Positions 10,622 through 24,065 of a stretch of 64,000 nucleotides of DNA are shown here, piece after piece. The stretch covers positions 31,868,001 through 31,932,000 of the forward strand of contig OZ024760.1 in assembly GCA_964016885.1 (NCBI GenBank), read 5' to 3'. A program made the translations under genes and the position numbers. The notes under the pieces were generated by a model. That model saw only the letters and a program-made list of their open reading frames with translations. It was not told where the DNA came from and ran no database searches. The number at the start of each line of letters is the position of its first letter. The first letter of the stretch is position 1. This stretch comes from Eledone cirrhosa (lineage: Eukaryota).

Positions 10622-12187
10622 AAACCAACCACCCAACCAACTAACCATCCAACTAACCATCCACCTAACCATCCAACCATCCAACTAACCATCCACCTAA
10701 CCATCCGACCATCCAACTAACCATCCAACTAACCATCCAACTAACCATCTAACTAACAATCCAACTAACCATCCAACTAACCATCCAACTAACCATCTAA
10801 CTAACAATCCACCTAACCATCCAACCAACCATCCAACTAACCATCCAACTAACCATCCACCTAACCATCCACCTAACCATCCAACCATCCAACTAACCAT
10901 CCAACTAACCATCCAACTAACAATCCACCTAACCACCCACCTAACCATCCAACCATCCAACTAACCATCCAACTAACCATCCAACCATCCAACTAACCAT
11001 CCACCTAACCATCCACCTAACCATCCAACTAACCATCCACCTAACCATCTAACCATCCAACTAACCATCCAACCATCCAACTAACCATCCACCTAACCAT
11101 CCAACTAACCATCCACCTAACCATCCAACCATCCAACTAACCATCCAACTAACCATCCAACTAACCATCCACCTAACCATCCAACCATCCAACTAACCAT
11201 CCAACTAACCATCCACCTAACCATCCAACTAACCATCCACCTAACCATCCAACCATCCAACTAACCATCCAACTAACCATCCACCTAACCATCCAACCAT
11301 CCAACTAACCATCCAACTAACCATCCAACTAACCATCCAACTAACCATCCAACTAACCATCCACCTAACCATCCAACCATCCAACTAACCATCCAACTAA
11401 CCATCCACCTAACCATCCAACTAACCATCCACCTAACCATCCAACCATCCAACTAACCATCCAACTAACCATCCACCTAACCATCCAACCATCCAACTAA
11501 CCATCCAACTAACCATCCAACTAACCATCCAACTAACCATCCAACTAACCATCCACCTAACCATCCAACCATCCAACTAACCATCCAACTAACCATCCAC
11601 CTAACCATCCAACCATCCAACTAACCATCCAACTAACCATCCACCTAACCATCCAACCATCCAACTAACCATCCAACTAACCATCTAACTAACAATCCAC
11701 CTAACCATCCAACTAACCATCCACCTAACCATCCAATCATCCAACTAACCATCCAACTAACCATCCACCTAACCATCCAACCATCCAACTAACCATCCAA
11801 CTAACCATCTAACTAACAATCCACCTAACCATCCAACCATTCAACTAACCATCCAACCATCCAACTAACCATCCACCTAACCATCCAACCATCCAACTAA
11901 CCATCCACCTAACCATCCAACCATCCAACTAACCATCCAACTAACAATCCAACTAACAATCCACCTAACCACCCAACCATCCAACTAACCATCCACCTAA
12001 CCATCCAAACATCCAACTAACCATCCAACTAACCATCCACCTAACCATCCAACCATCCAACTAACCATCCAACTAACCATCCACCTAACCATCCACCTAA
12101 CCATCCAACTAACCATCCAACCATCCAACTAACTGTTCAGCCATCTAACCATCCATCTAACCATCCAGCCACCGTCTAACCATCCAG
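10622..12187. repeat. 12-bp minisatellite (CCATCCAACTAA)n with CCAC variants and CTAA drop-outs
   Basis: Read directly. Confidence 0.97.
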
Positions 12188-12318
12188 TGTTAGTCTCTCC
12201 TCCTACTCTCATTACACCCTCCCCACCCCCACCTACACCACCCATAAAAACATTACTCAACTCTTAAGAAAACAGTGTTACAGGAATTGTGTCAGTGAGT
12301 AACATGACATAACTTCCC

Positions 12319-12705
12319 ATGTGTGTGTGTCAATGTATGTGTGTGTGTGTGTCAATGTATGTGTGTGTGTGTGTCAATGTATGTGTGTGTGTGTCAATGT
12401 ATGTGTGTGTGTGTCAATGTATGTGTGTGTGTGTCAATGTATGTGTGTGTGTGTGTCAATGTATATGTGTGTGTGTGTCATCATTGGAGGTGGCAACGTC
12501 ATCATCGTACTCATGCAGATGTCGCAGATATATACATATATATATAGTATACATACACACACACACGCATGCATACATATATACATATATATAGTATACA
12601 TACACACACACATACACATATATATATATATATATAGTATACACACACACACACATACACATATATATGTATATATAGTATACACACACACACACATACA
12701 TACAT

Positions 12706-12749
<44 letters not shown>

Positions 12750-13041
12750 CATACACACACACACATACATACATATATATATATATATAGTATACATACA
12801 CACACATACATACATACATATATATATATATAGTATACATACACACACACACATACATACATACATACATATATATATAGTATACATACACACACACACA
12901 TACATACCATACATACATATATATATATATATATAGTATACATACACACACACATACATACATACATATATATATATATAGTATACATACACACACATAC
13001 ATACATACATATATATATATAGTATACATACACACACACAC
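12319..13041. repeat. Compound microsatellite arrays (GTCAATGTAT(GT)n; AGTATACATA(CA)n(TA)n)
   Basis: Read directly; the same AGTATAC-anchored unit recurs at 13907-14460. Confidence 0.9.
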
Positions 13042-13161
13042 ATGATGGCTGCCCCCTCGTTATCGAGTATGGCCATTGCACGAGGAGAAAAAAAAATATA
13101 TATATATATATTAATAGATAAAATAAAATAAAATAAAATAAAATAAAAAAAAATAAAAAAA

Positions 13162-13203
<42 letters not shown>

Positions 13204-13906
13204 ATATATATATATACACACACACATACATTAATAACAATAATAATAATAATAATAACAACAATAATAATATACATATACATATATACACACACACGCG
13301 CACACATAAACATATCTATACACACACACACGATAGCAACTAACAGTGCTGCGATTGAATGTGGCTTTTTAGCCCAGCCAATGATCTAAAATGTCTTGCA
13401 CAGAGTCGGCAACCAAAACATTCACTGGGAATAGCCGGCTGTGGTTGGAGTTCATGTACTTTTGCATGTCGCTTGAGCCCTCCTGCTGATTTACATTCTC
13501 TACCACATGTTTGGCAAGCATGATGAGTAGCATCTCCAACAGCAGCCTGGTAGTCAACCACTGGTCTTACTTTATGACTGCGAAGATGATTTTCGAGTCC
13601 AGCTTTGCTTAGGCAGAGTCTCGCACAGATGCTGCATGTCAGCACCATAGGAGGACCCTCTCCATCTGGAAGTGCAACAGTCCTTCCTCACATCCCGCTT
13701 TACTTTCTCGTATGCGATTCGAGATGCCTTAAAGGCAACTTTTCCCTCATATACAGTCTTTCTCCATTTATTATGATCAGCAGCAATATTTTCCCATGTA
13801 TCAGCAGAGATGTTAGCGTCTTTCAGAGAGGCTTTCAAGGAATCCTTATACCTCTTTTTTGGTTTATGTGGTGGTCGTTTTCCTTTAACCAACTCTCCAT
13901 AAAAGA
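13042..13906 (-). mobile_element. 3' end of an RTE-clade LINE (LINE C) with three C-terminal C2H2 zinc fingers; 3' UTR interrupted by microsatellite
   Basis: FYGELVKGKRPPHKPKKRYKDSLKASLK...WENIAADHNKWR, frameshift, then CSIC..HLRSH, CQTC..HAKVH, CRLC..HIQSQH; RTE-like terminal GGCCATACTCGATAACGAGGGGGCAGCCATCAT at ~13043-13075. Confidence 0.85.
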
Positions 13907-14018
13907 CATACATACATACACATACACATACATACATACATACATACATACATACATACATACATACACGTACATACATACATACATATATATATAGTAT
14001 ACATACACACACACACAC

Positions 14019-14063
<45 letters not shown>

Positions 14064-14157
14064 GTATACATACACATACACACATACATACATACATATA
14101 TATATAGTATACATACACACACACATACATACATATATATATATATATAGTATACAT

Positions 14158-14190
<33 letters not shown>

Positions 14191-14376
14191 GTATACATAC
14201 ACACACACACACACACATACATACATATATATATAGTATACATACACACACACATACAAACATACATATATATATATATATATAGTATACATACACGCAC
14301 ACATACATATATATATATATAGTATACATACACACACACATATACATAAATATATATATATAGTATACATACACAC

Positions 14377-14424
<48 letters not shown>

Positions 14425-14460
14425 TAGATACACACACATATACATATATATATATATATA

Positions 14461-15864
14461 ATTAGAGAAAGGGTCAAACTAGATGAGATGCAGTTTGGTT
14501 TTGTGCCTGGGAAGAGTACAACAGATGCCCTCTTCTTGGTGAGACAATTGCAAGAGAGGTTCTTAGAGAAAAATAAGCCACTATACTTAGCCTTTGTTGA
14601 CCTAGAGAAGGCCTTTGATAGGGTACTCTGATCTGTCATCTGGTGGTCCCTAAGGAAGCTAGGTGTTGAGGAATGGCTTGTGAGGACAGTGCAAACTTTG
14701 TACAGAGGTACTCTCAGTAAAGTCAGGGTAGGAATGGAGTTTAATGAGGAATTCCAGATACAAGTAGGAGTACATCAAGATTCGGTCCTCAGCCAGCTCT
14801 TGTTCATTATAGTCCTCCAAGCCATAACAGAGGAGTTTAAGACTAGCTGTCCATGGGAACTTCTCTATGCTGACGATCTGGTTCGTATAGCAGAATCAGT
14901 AATCAGTAGAGGAGCTAGAGAATAAACTCTGGCTATGGAAACAGCAGTTGGAAGCAAGAGGCCTGAGAGTGAACCTAGCTAAGACAAAAGTGTTGATAAG
15001 TAGAAAAGAGGACAAAACTCTGATTCCGTCAGGGAAATGGCCATGTTCGATATGCAGAAAAGGAACTGGCATAAATTCTATAAAATGCACACAATGCAGA
15101 TCCTGGGTACACAAGAGATGTAGTGGGATAGCAGGCAAACTAACAGGTATGGAGAAATATGTATGCAGTAGATGTACAGGGAAATTAGACAGTAGAAGTT
15201 GCATTGATAGACACATTTTTCAAATGCAGGCGGGTGCTATAGAAGTGGTGGATAGCTTCCGGTACCTAAGAGATCAGATTAGCATGGGAGGAGGGGTGTT
15301 CTGAGGCCATAGTATCTAGAATAAGGACAGGTTGGAAGAAGTTTAGGGAGCTGCTTCTTCTGCTGATGAAGAAGGGTTTCTCCCTGCATACGAAGGCCGG
15401 TTATATGATGCCTGTGTGAGGAGCGTGATGCTGCATGGTAATGAGACATGGGCAGCAGCTGCAGAGGATGTGCGATGGCTGGAGAGAAATGAGGCAAGCA
15501 TGCTCCGTTGGATGTGCAGTGTCAATGTGCGTGAACGACCGAGCATGAATGTGTTGAGAAAGAAACTGTGTCTGAGAAGGGTAGAATGTAGTGTACGGGA
15601 GAGGAGACTGAGGTGGTATGGACATGTGATGCGCATGGAGGATGACTGATGGGTGAAGAAGTGCCAGGAAATGCCAGTTGAAGGAAGACGTGGTAGAAGT
15701 AGACCACGAAAAACATGGGCGGAGCTGGTGAGAACAGACCTCAGATCATTGAAGCTCACGGTAGAGATGACGAAGGACCGTGACGAGTGGAGAGATGCTG
15801 TGCTGAATAAGACCTGTCCCACCCTTGCAAGCAAGGAAGAGCGGACGTAAAATGATGATGATGA
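14461..15864 (+). mobile_element. 5'-truncated, decayed RTE-clade LINE B copy 1 (RT, PHD, thumb, (GAT)n tail)
   Basis: QFGFVPGKSTTDA, FVDLEKAFD, LLYADD, FRYL, RRLRWYGHV, GRSRPRKTW; several stops and frameshifts. Confidence 0.95.
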
Positions 15865-15890
15865 TATATATTACATATATATATATATAT

Positions 15891-15925
<35 letters not shown>

Positions 15926-16500
15926 CATATATATATATATATTACATATATATATATATATATATATATATTGCATATATATATATATATTACACATATA
16001 TATATATATATTACATATATATATTACATATATATATATAACATATATATATTATGGCCTCAGCCGGATGGCTGAAACAGGTAAAAGAGTAAAAGAGTAT
16101 ATTACATATATATATATATTACATATATATATATATTACATATATATATTATATATATATTACATATATATATATATATATTACATATATATATATATAT
16201 ATATATATATTACATATATATATATTACATATATATATATATATTACATATATATTACATATATATATATTACATATATATATATATTACATATATATAT
16301 TATATATATATTACATATATATATATATATATTACATATATATATATATTACATATATATATATTACATATATATATATATTACATATATATATATATAT
16401 TACATATATACATATATTACATATATGTATATTACATATATATATATATATATATATATTGCATATATATATATATTGCATATATATATATATTACATAT
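15865..16500. repeat. TTACA(TA)n compound microsatellite
   Basis: Read directly; the same type recurs at 17405-17622. Confidence 0.9.
16053..16100 (+). mobile_element. Very short 3' remnant of a third SINE family, (GTAAAAGA)n tail
   Basis: ATGGCCTCAGCCGGATGGCTGAAACAGGTAAAAGAGTAAAAGAGTAT; exact reverse complement at ~60379-60425. Confidence 0.7.
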
Positions 16501-16683
16501 ATTAATAAAAATAATGAATAAAAACAAAGAAACAGTTCCTTATATTAAAAAATTCATCATTTTACGATCATTTCTAGGATATATATGTGTGTGTTGGTAT
16601 GTATATCATATAGATCTATGTAAAAATTTTACAAACTATTAGAGGGAATATACATACCTACACATATATATGCTGTCTTCAGA

Positions 16684-16871
16684 AATAATTGTTTCTACTT
16701 TAGGCACAAGGCCAGAAATTACCCAGTGCATTACTGGTACTTTATTTTATCGACCCCGTAAGGATGAAAGGCAAAGTCAACCTTGGCGGGATTTGAACTC
16801 AGATCGTAAAGGGACGTAACTATGCTGGAAAGCATGGCGTCCGACCCTCTACCGATACTGCCAATCCACCT
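16684..16871 (-). mobile_element. Full-length SINE family S2 with 12-bp target-site duplication
   Basis: TTCAGAAATAAT at 16678-16689 and 16872-16883; B box and Nin-like domain on the minus strand. Confidence 0.92.
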
Positions 16872-17707
16872 TTCAGAAATAATGATATTTGTTTATTGAA
16901 AAAAAAAACAACAAAGATTTAATATAATAGGTCTGTTTGGGAACAGGTTTTGAATTGACCAATAGAAAGGTAGTAAGTGGTCAAGATGGTAGAATAGTAG
17001 TAATGGAACTTTAATTTAGGGGTAGAGGAAAGCAGATTTCAGTTTTGAATGGAAAGAGTATATTGAATGAAAAGATTATTTTAGGGATGAAAATAGGTCA
17101 AGTCTGTAAAAAGTACACGAAAATTTGATGTTATAAAAGAATAATGCTAATGTAAATATCTAAGGAGAATAAAATTTTACTATAAATGTGTTAGTGAAAA
17201 ATATCAATCTTATTTAAAACATAAGGAATTTACATCTATAAAAAGAAAATAAATTAATTAAATTGATAGGTATATTTATATTGATAAATTTATATTAATT
17301 CATATAGATATGATAAATAAGAGTTAGATGTAATTGAAGAATGCTGTTAAAAATGAAGAGAAAATAAAAAAATAATAATAATAATTATTGGGGGGGGGGG
17401 GGGTAATATATATATTACATATATATATATATATATATTACATATATATATATATATATTACATATATATATATATATTAAATATATATATATATAAATA
17501 TTACATATATATATATATTACATATATATATATATATATATTACATATATATATATATATATATTACATATATATATATATATATTATATATATATATAT
17601 ATATTATATATATATATATTACATGCTGCGATCGCTGTAGCAATTTATTTGTGCCCTTGGCTGGAATTTTTTGTTTGAACTTTAATCTGTACTAATAATG
17701 TATATAT

Positions 17708-17987
17708 ATGGCTTAGTGGTTAGAGCATTGGCCTTGCAATCGAAAGGTTGTGAGTTCAATTCTCAGACCGGGTGATGTGTTGTTTCCTTGAGCAAGACAC
17801 TTTATTTCACATTGCTCCAGTTTACTCAGCTGTAGAAATGAGATGAGGCGCCACGGCAAAAAAGCACCCAGCACTCACTGTAAATGAGGTTGGTGTTAGG
17901 AAGGGCATCCAGCTGTAGAAATCAAGCCAGAATCAGTTCCTGTCCCACCCTTGCAAGCAGGAAAAAGCAGACGTAAAATGATGATGA

Positions 17988-17990
<3 letters not shown>
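17708..17990 (+). mobile_element. SINE family S1 with internal deletion
   Basis: A/B boxes, central domain, LINE B-type tail CCACCCTTGCAAGCAGGAAAAAGCAGACGTAAAA(TGA)n. Confidence 0.92.
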
Positions 17991-18025
<35 letters not shown>

Positions 18026-18026
<1 letters not shown>

Positions 18027-18234
18027 GATCGATCGACTTTCGTCAAATCGGACCAAGGAAACAATGTTTCCATTGGTCTTTCCAGTTGCTAGTACTTTAT
18101 CGGTCGCAACTCGAGGTAGAAGGAGCAACGTGAAATAAAGTGTCTTGCTGAAGGACATAATGCACCGCCTGGTCCAGGAATCAAACTGACAACCTCACGA
18201 CTGCGAATTCAGTTCTCTAACCACTCAGCCATAT
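18026..18234 (-). mobile_element. Diverged tRNA-derived SINE related to S1 in head and core, with a different 3' part
   Basis: Reverse complement reads ATGGCTGAGTGGTTAGAG...AGTTTGATTCCTGG...TCCTTCAGCAAGACACTTTATTTCACGTTGCTCC. Confidence 0.8.
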
Positions 18235-18360
18235 ATAATGTGTGTGAGTGTGTTTTAAATTTTATAGCAGGAAAAAGTCTTAACATTTCAAAGTAAAGAA
18301 TGTGGTGCTCCAGTATGGTCACATGTTGGGTATATATAGATTTCTGTGGGACAGCTCTGT

Positions 18361-18495
18361 AGTGTATACAATATATTAGATGTAGGATATATAATATATT
18401 AGATGTAGTGTATATAATATATTAGATGTAGTGTATATAATATATTAGATGTAGGGTATATAATATATTAGTTGTAGTGTATATAATATATTATT
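18361..18495. repeat. ~23-bp tandem repeat (TAGTGTATATAATATATTAGATG)n
   Basis: About 6 copies read directly. Confidence 0.85.
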
Positions 18496-18520
18496 AGATA
18501 GAGGGTGTATACATTTTTCT

Positions 18521-20193
18521 ATATCTGTGGGGTATATATCTGGGGTATATATCTGGGGTATATATCTGTGGGGTATATATCTGGGGTATATATCTGGGGT
18601 ATATATCTGTGGGGTATATATCTGGGGTATATATCTGGGGTATATATCTGTGGGGTATATATCTGGGGTATATATCTGGGGTATATATCTGTGGTATATA
18701 TCTGTGGTATATATCTGGGGTATATATATGTGGTATATATCTGTGGTATATATCTGTGGTATATATCTGGGGTATATATCTGTGGGGTATATATCTGGGG
18801 TATATATCTGTGGGGTATATATCTGGGGTATATATCTGTGGGGTATATATCTGGGGTATATATCTGTGGTATATATCTGTGGTATATATCTGGAGTATAT
18901 ATCTGGGGTATATATCTGCGGTATATATCTGGGGTATATATCTGTGGTATATATCTGTGGGGTATATTTCTGGGGTATATATCTGGGGTATATATCTGGG
19001 GTATATATCTGGGGTATATATCTGTGGGGTATATATCTGGGGTATATATCTGGGGTATATATCTGTGGTATATATCTGGGTTATATATCTGTGGGGTATA
19101 TTTCTGGGGTATATATCTGGGGTATATATCTGGGGTATATATCTGTGGTATAGATCTGGGGTATATATCTGGGGTATTTATCTGTGGGGTATATATCTGG
19201 GGTATTTATCTGTGGGGTATATATCTGGGGTATATATCTGTAGTATATATCTGGGGTATATATCTGTGGGGTATATTTCTGTGGTATATATCTGTGGTAT
19301 ATATCTGTGGTATATATCTGGGGTATATATCTGTGGGGTATATATCTGGAGTATATATCTGTGGGGTATATATCTGTGGGGTATATATCTGTGGTATATA
19401 TCTGTGGGGTATATTTCTGGGGTATATATCTGTGGTATTTATCTGTGGGGTATATATCTGGGGTATATGTCTGGGGTATATATCTGGGGTATATATCTGT
19501 GGGGTATATATCTGTGGTATATATCTGTGGTATATATCTGGGATATATATCTCGGGTATTTATCTGTGGGGTATATATATGGGGTATATGTCTGGGGTAT
19601 ATATCTGTGGGGTATATATCTGGAGTATATATCTGTGGGGTATATATCTGTGGGGTATATATCTGGGGTATATATCTGTGGGGTATATATCTGGGGTTAG
19701 GGTTAGGGTTAGGGTTAGATATCTGTGGGGTATATATCTGGGGGTATATATCTGGGCTATATATCTGGGGTATATATCTGTGGTATATATCTGTGGAGTA
19801 TATATCTGGGGTATATATCTGGGTTATATATCTGGGGTATATATCTGGGTTATATATCTGGGGTATATATCTGTGGGGTATATATCTGGGTATATATCTG
19901 TGTGGTATATATCTGGGGTATATATCTGTGGGGTATATATCTGTGGGATATATATCTGGGGTATATATCTGGGGTATATATCTGGGGTATATATCTGTGG
20001 GGTATATATCTGGGGTATAAATCTGTGTGGTATATATCTGGGGTATATATCTGGGTTATATATCTGTGGTATATATCTGTGGTATATATCTGTGGGGGTT
20101 AAACCAGGTGTATATATCTGTGGGGTATATATCTGTGGGGTATATATCTGGGGTATATATCTGGGCTATATATCTGGGGTATATATCTGTGGA
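18521..20193. repeat. 14/16-bp minisatellite TATATATCTG(TG)GGG containing a (TTAGGG)n insert
   Basis: Read directly; telomeric hexamers at 19694-19718. Confidence 0.97.
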
Positions 20194-20502
20194 GTAGCCT
20201 TGTATGACAAGGGGCTGAAAGTGACCTAGTTGGACATGATTACAGCTACCAACAGTCTAACTAGGCCAACCTTGATATAGTAGACCTATAATGATAGGTT
20301 TTCCAGCTGTGACCCCAGGGCCGTGGAAAGACATCTTGTAATAGGTCTTGACTCGATGTACAATGAAAGGCCCTCCCAGTTCAACTGGTGACAGGCCTAG
20401 ACCAGATGTAAAATGTAGCTCCCCACCATTTTTCAACTGGTAATAAACCCAGTAGAATTTATTTCCAAGTGTTCATTAAATATTATAATTATTAACACAA
20501 AA

Positions 20503-20690
20503 GGGCAGTGGATTGGCAGTATCGCTAGAGGGTCAGTGGCCATGCTTTGCAGCAAAGAGTTACGGCCTTTTATGGTCTGGGTTCAAATACCGCCGAGGTT
20601 AACTTGGTCTTTCATCCTTACGGGGTCGATAAAATAAAGTACCAGTAATACACTGGGATAATTGTTGGCCTTGTGCCAAAAATAGAAACA
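20503..20690 (+). mobile_element. Full-length SINE family S2 with 21-bp target-site duplication
   Basis: ATTATAATTATTAACACAAAA at 20482-20502 and 20691-20711. Confidence 0.92.
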
Positions 20691-20739
20691 ATTATAATTA
20701 TTAACACAAAATATATATGATCTATGTAAGGAGCACAGG

Positions 20740-20782
<43 letters not shown>

Positions 20783-21260
20783 ATTTTAAAGGTCATTTGT
20801 CCATTCTAGTATGGGTTAGACGAGGTTCCTGTGGTGTGACAGTCAGATGAACGTGTTTTGGTCAAACAGAACTGTTTCTGGCTTGGTTTCTACAGCTGGA
20901 TACCCTTAATAGTGCCAACAACATTTACAGTGTGGGCTGGTTGCTTTTTATCATGGCACCAGTATGACTACCTTACAAGGTAGACTGGGTGCTTTATATA
21001 TATATATGTCATCATCATCAGTGTTTAACATCCATACTAGCATGGGTTAGACAAGTTGTCCCATTGTGAGACAAGCCAGGTAGGTGATGACCATGTCTTG
21101 TTCATACAGAACTGATTCTGGCTTGGTTTCTATGACTGGATACCCTTCCAACCACATAGTGTGGGTTGGGTGCTTTTTATTGTGGCTCCGAAATGACCAA
21201 CTGACAAGTTGGACTGGGTACTTTTTCATTGTGTCACCTTTACAGGGTTTGACTGGCTGC
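20740..21260 (-). mobile_element. Two decayed LINE A-type 3' tails ((CAT)n plus TAGCATGGGTTAGAC)
   Basis: 20740-20960 and 21010-21260 match the reverse complement of ~5860-6083. Confidence 0.7.
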
Positions 21261-21367
21261 TTTATATATGTATATATATATGTGTAAAAGGTAAACAGAA
21301 ATAACAACATAATAGGTACAGTATATGGAAGGGAAATATTAGGTTAACGCTTGATATAGCAGGAGGA

Positions 21368-21402
21368 GGGTCTTAACGTTTCTTAAGTCCTTCATCAGAA
21401 AA
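21368..21402 (-). ncRNA. Degenerate minimal hammerhead core in a Penelope-like remnant
   Basis: UUUUU CUGAUGA AGGACUUAA GAAA CGU UA AGACCC; flank ACGCTTGATATAG shared with ~55402. Confidence 0.45.
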
Positions 21403-21849
21403 ATAAGATAGATTGAGGGGATGGGTGGGTTGGAATTGGAAAAAATATAGGGGGAGAGGTTGGAGGAAGCGCTTGAGAGTAGAATGGAGCTGGCGGGTAC
21501 TTACAAGTAGCAGAGCAATATAAAAAACTTGAACAATTCATAAAAAGGGTAATTCTTTCCCAAAGTTTCCTGGATCACTTGAACTAGGGATCACTACATC
21601 TAGAGATCACTGAATCTAGGGATCACTGGATCACATCTAGTTCAACCTGTGTGAGTTAGGCCTACTCAGAGAGGACCTGGTGTTATACAACAACAACAAC
21701 ATCAGTCTTAATGGCTAAGAGAGATAACTGAAACTACATATCATCATATTCCCCCTCCTCTCATATCCCTATCATCATCATCATCATAGTCCTTCACTCC
21801 GTCATCATCATCATCAACATTATTAACACATCTATCACCAACACTGCTA

Positions 21850-22375
21850 AAACAACAACAACACCACCAACAACAACAGCAACAACAACAACATCAACAT
21901 CAACAACAACAACAACAACAACAACTATAACAACAACAACAACAACAACAACAACTATAACAACAACAACGACAACAACAACAACAACTATAACAACAAC
22001 AACAACAACACCTATAACAACAACAACAACAACAACAACAACAACTATAACAACAACAACAACTACAACAACAACAGCAACAACAACAACAACAACCACA
22101 ACAACAACAACACCTATAACAACAACAACAACAACAACAACAACAACCACAACAACAACAACACCTATAACAACAACAACAACAACCACAACAACAACAA
22201 CAACAACACCTATAACAACAACAACCACAACAACAACCACAACAACAACTATAACAACAACAACAACAACAACAACAACACCTATAACAACAACAACAAC
22301 AACCACAACAACAACAACAACAACTATAACAACAACAACAACAACAACAACAACAACCACAACAACAACAACAAT
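21850..22375. repeat. (CAA)n trinucleotide array with periodic CTAT interruptions
   Basis: Read directly. Confidence 0.95.
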
Positions 22376-22671
22376 ACACTATGTAGATATCCTTACCTGT
22401 TGTAATAAACTTGAAATATATAAACCCATTTCTCCAGATAGAAACCAGTGTGTATAAAATGTTTATATATATATTTATACACACATATATTTAGATGTCA
22501 GAAGGTGATGTAAGGGTTCAAATCCATATTGAATTGTATATATACATATATAGATGTATATATACATATATATATATGTTTGTATTTGCATGTGTGTGTG
22601 TATATATATATATACACTATATATATATATATATATACATATATATATACTATATATATATATATATATAC

Positions 22672-22716
<45 letters not shown>

Positions 22717-22733
22717 TATATATATATATATAC

Positions 22734-22770
<37 letters not shown>

Positions 22771-23025
22771 TATATATATATATATATATATACATTATAT
22801 ATATATATATATAGATATATATATATAAAATATGTGTGGATGTATGTATTATATGTATATATATTTATACACACATATATATGTATATGTGCATATATAT
22901 ATATGTGTATGTATATGCATGTATATACATATATATATATATAAAATATTTAAAATTTCATAGACTTAACATGTATGTGTGGCCTTAAGTTTCAGCGGTC
23001 CAGTTATGGCCACCACTGTATAACA

Positions 23026-23084
<59 letters not shown>

Positions 23085-23498
23085 TGTGTGTGTTATTAGG
23101 GGATCATGAGATCCCTATAGCTCCACCGTTGTAGTCCTTCTGATGAAGAATAGAACTTTAAATGTTAAACTGAGCTGGTGGTGGTGGTGGTGGTGGTGTA
23201 GTGGTGGTGGTGGTGGTGTAGTGGTGGTGTAGTGGTGGTGGGGGTGGGGTGGGGATGTAGTAGAGGTGGTGGTGGTGGAGGAAGGAAGGAAGGAAGAGAA
23301 ATTAAGAGGCTGCGAGAGGGGGAGGTATGATGTAGAATGAGAAAGGATGGAGAGAAGAGACACTAAAAAGGAGCAGTTACAGTTATTGTTGAGTATATAT
23401 ACACTGTATGTATACATGAGTGTATATATATATATATTATATGTATATTGTTTATTGCACAGCCAAAATCCGAATCTCGCTGAAATTATATTTGTATA

Positions 23499-23675
<177 letters not shown>

Positions 23676-23801
23676 TATATATATATATTATATGTATGTA
23701 TATATAATAAATAAATGAATTAAATTGAAATACTTTTTCAAGGTCTTCAACTTTGGTACTAATATTACACTTAAATAATAGAATAGTATATATATATGTA
23801 T

Positions 23802-23833
<32 letters not shown>

Positions 23834-24065
23834 TAACACTCATATACATACATACATACACACACACATTCCATAACAAAATGGTGGGAAAGACCCCCCT
23901 CTCCACTAGCCCTCTCCCCACACCCACCATCACTACAGTCACCCCACCAGCACCCCTACTACAACCCCCCACGCCACCACTGGGGTGTAAGTAATTAGAC
24001 ATTTGACATTTAGTGTGTGAGATTTCTCATATTGGCCTCAGTTTTGTTACTCTTCTCTCACTATT

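Noticed and set aside
13340-13648. Host C2H2 zinc-finger transcription factor
   Set aside because: Contiguous with an RTE C-terminal domain and lacks TGEKP linkers.
16890-17390. AT-rich purine-biased stretch that might be a transposase relic
   Set aside because: No ORF or recognisable motif could be read.
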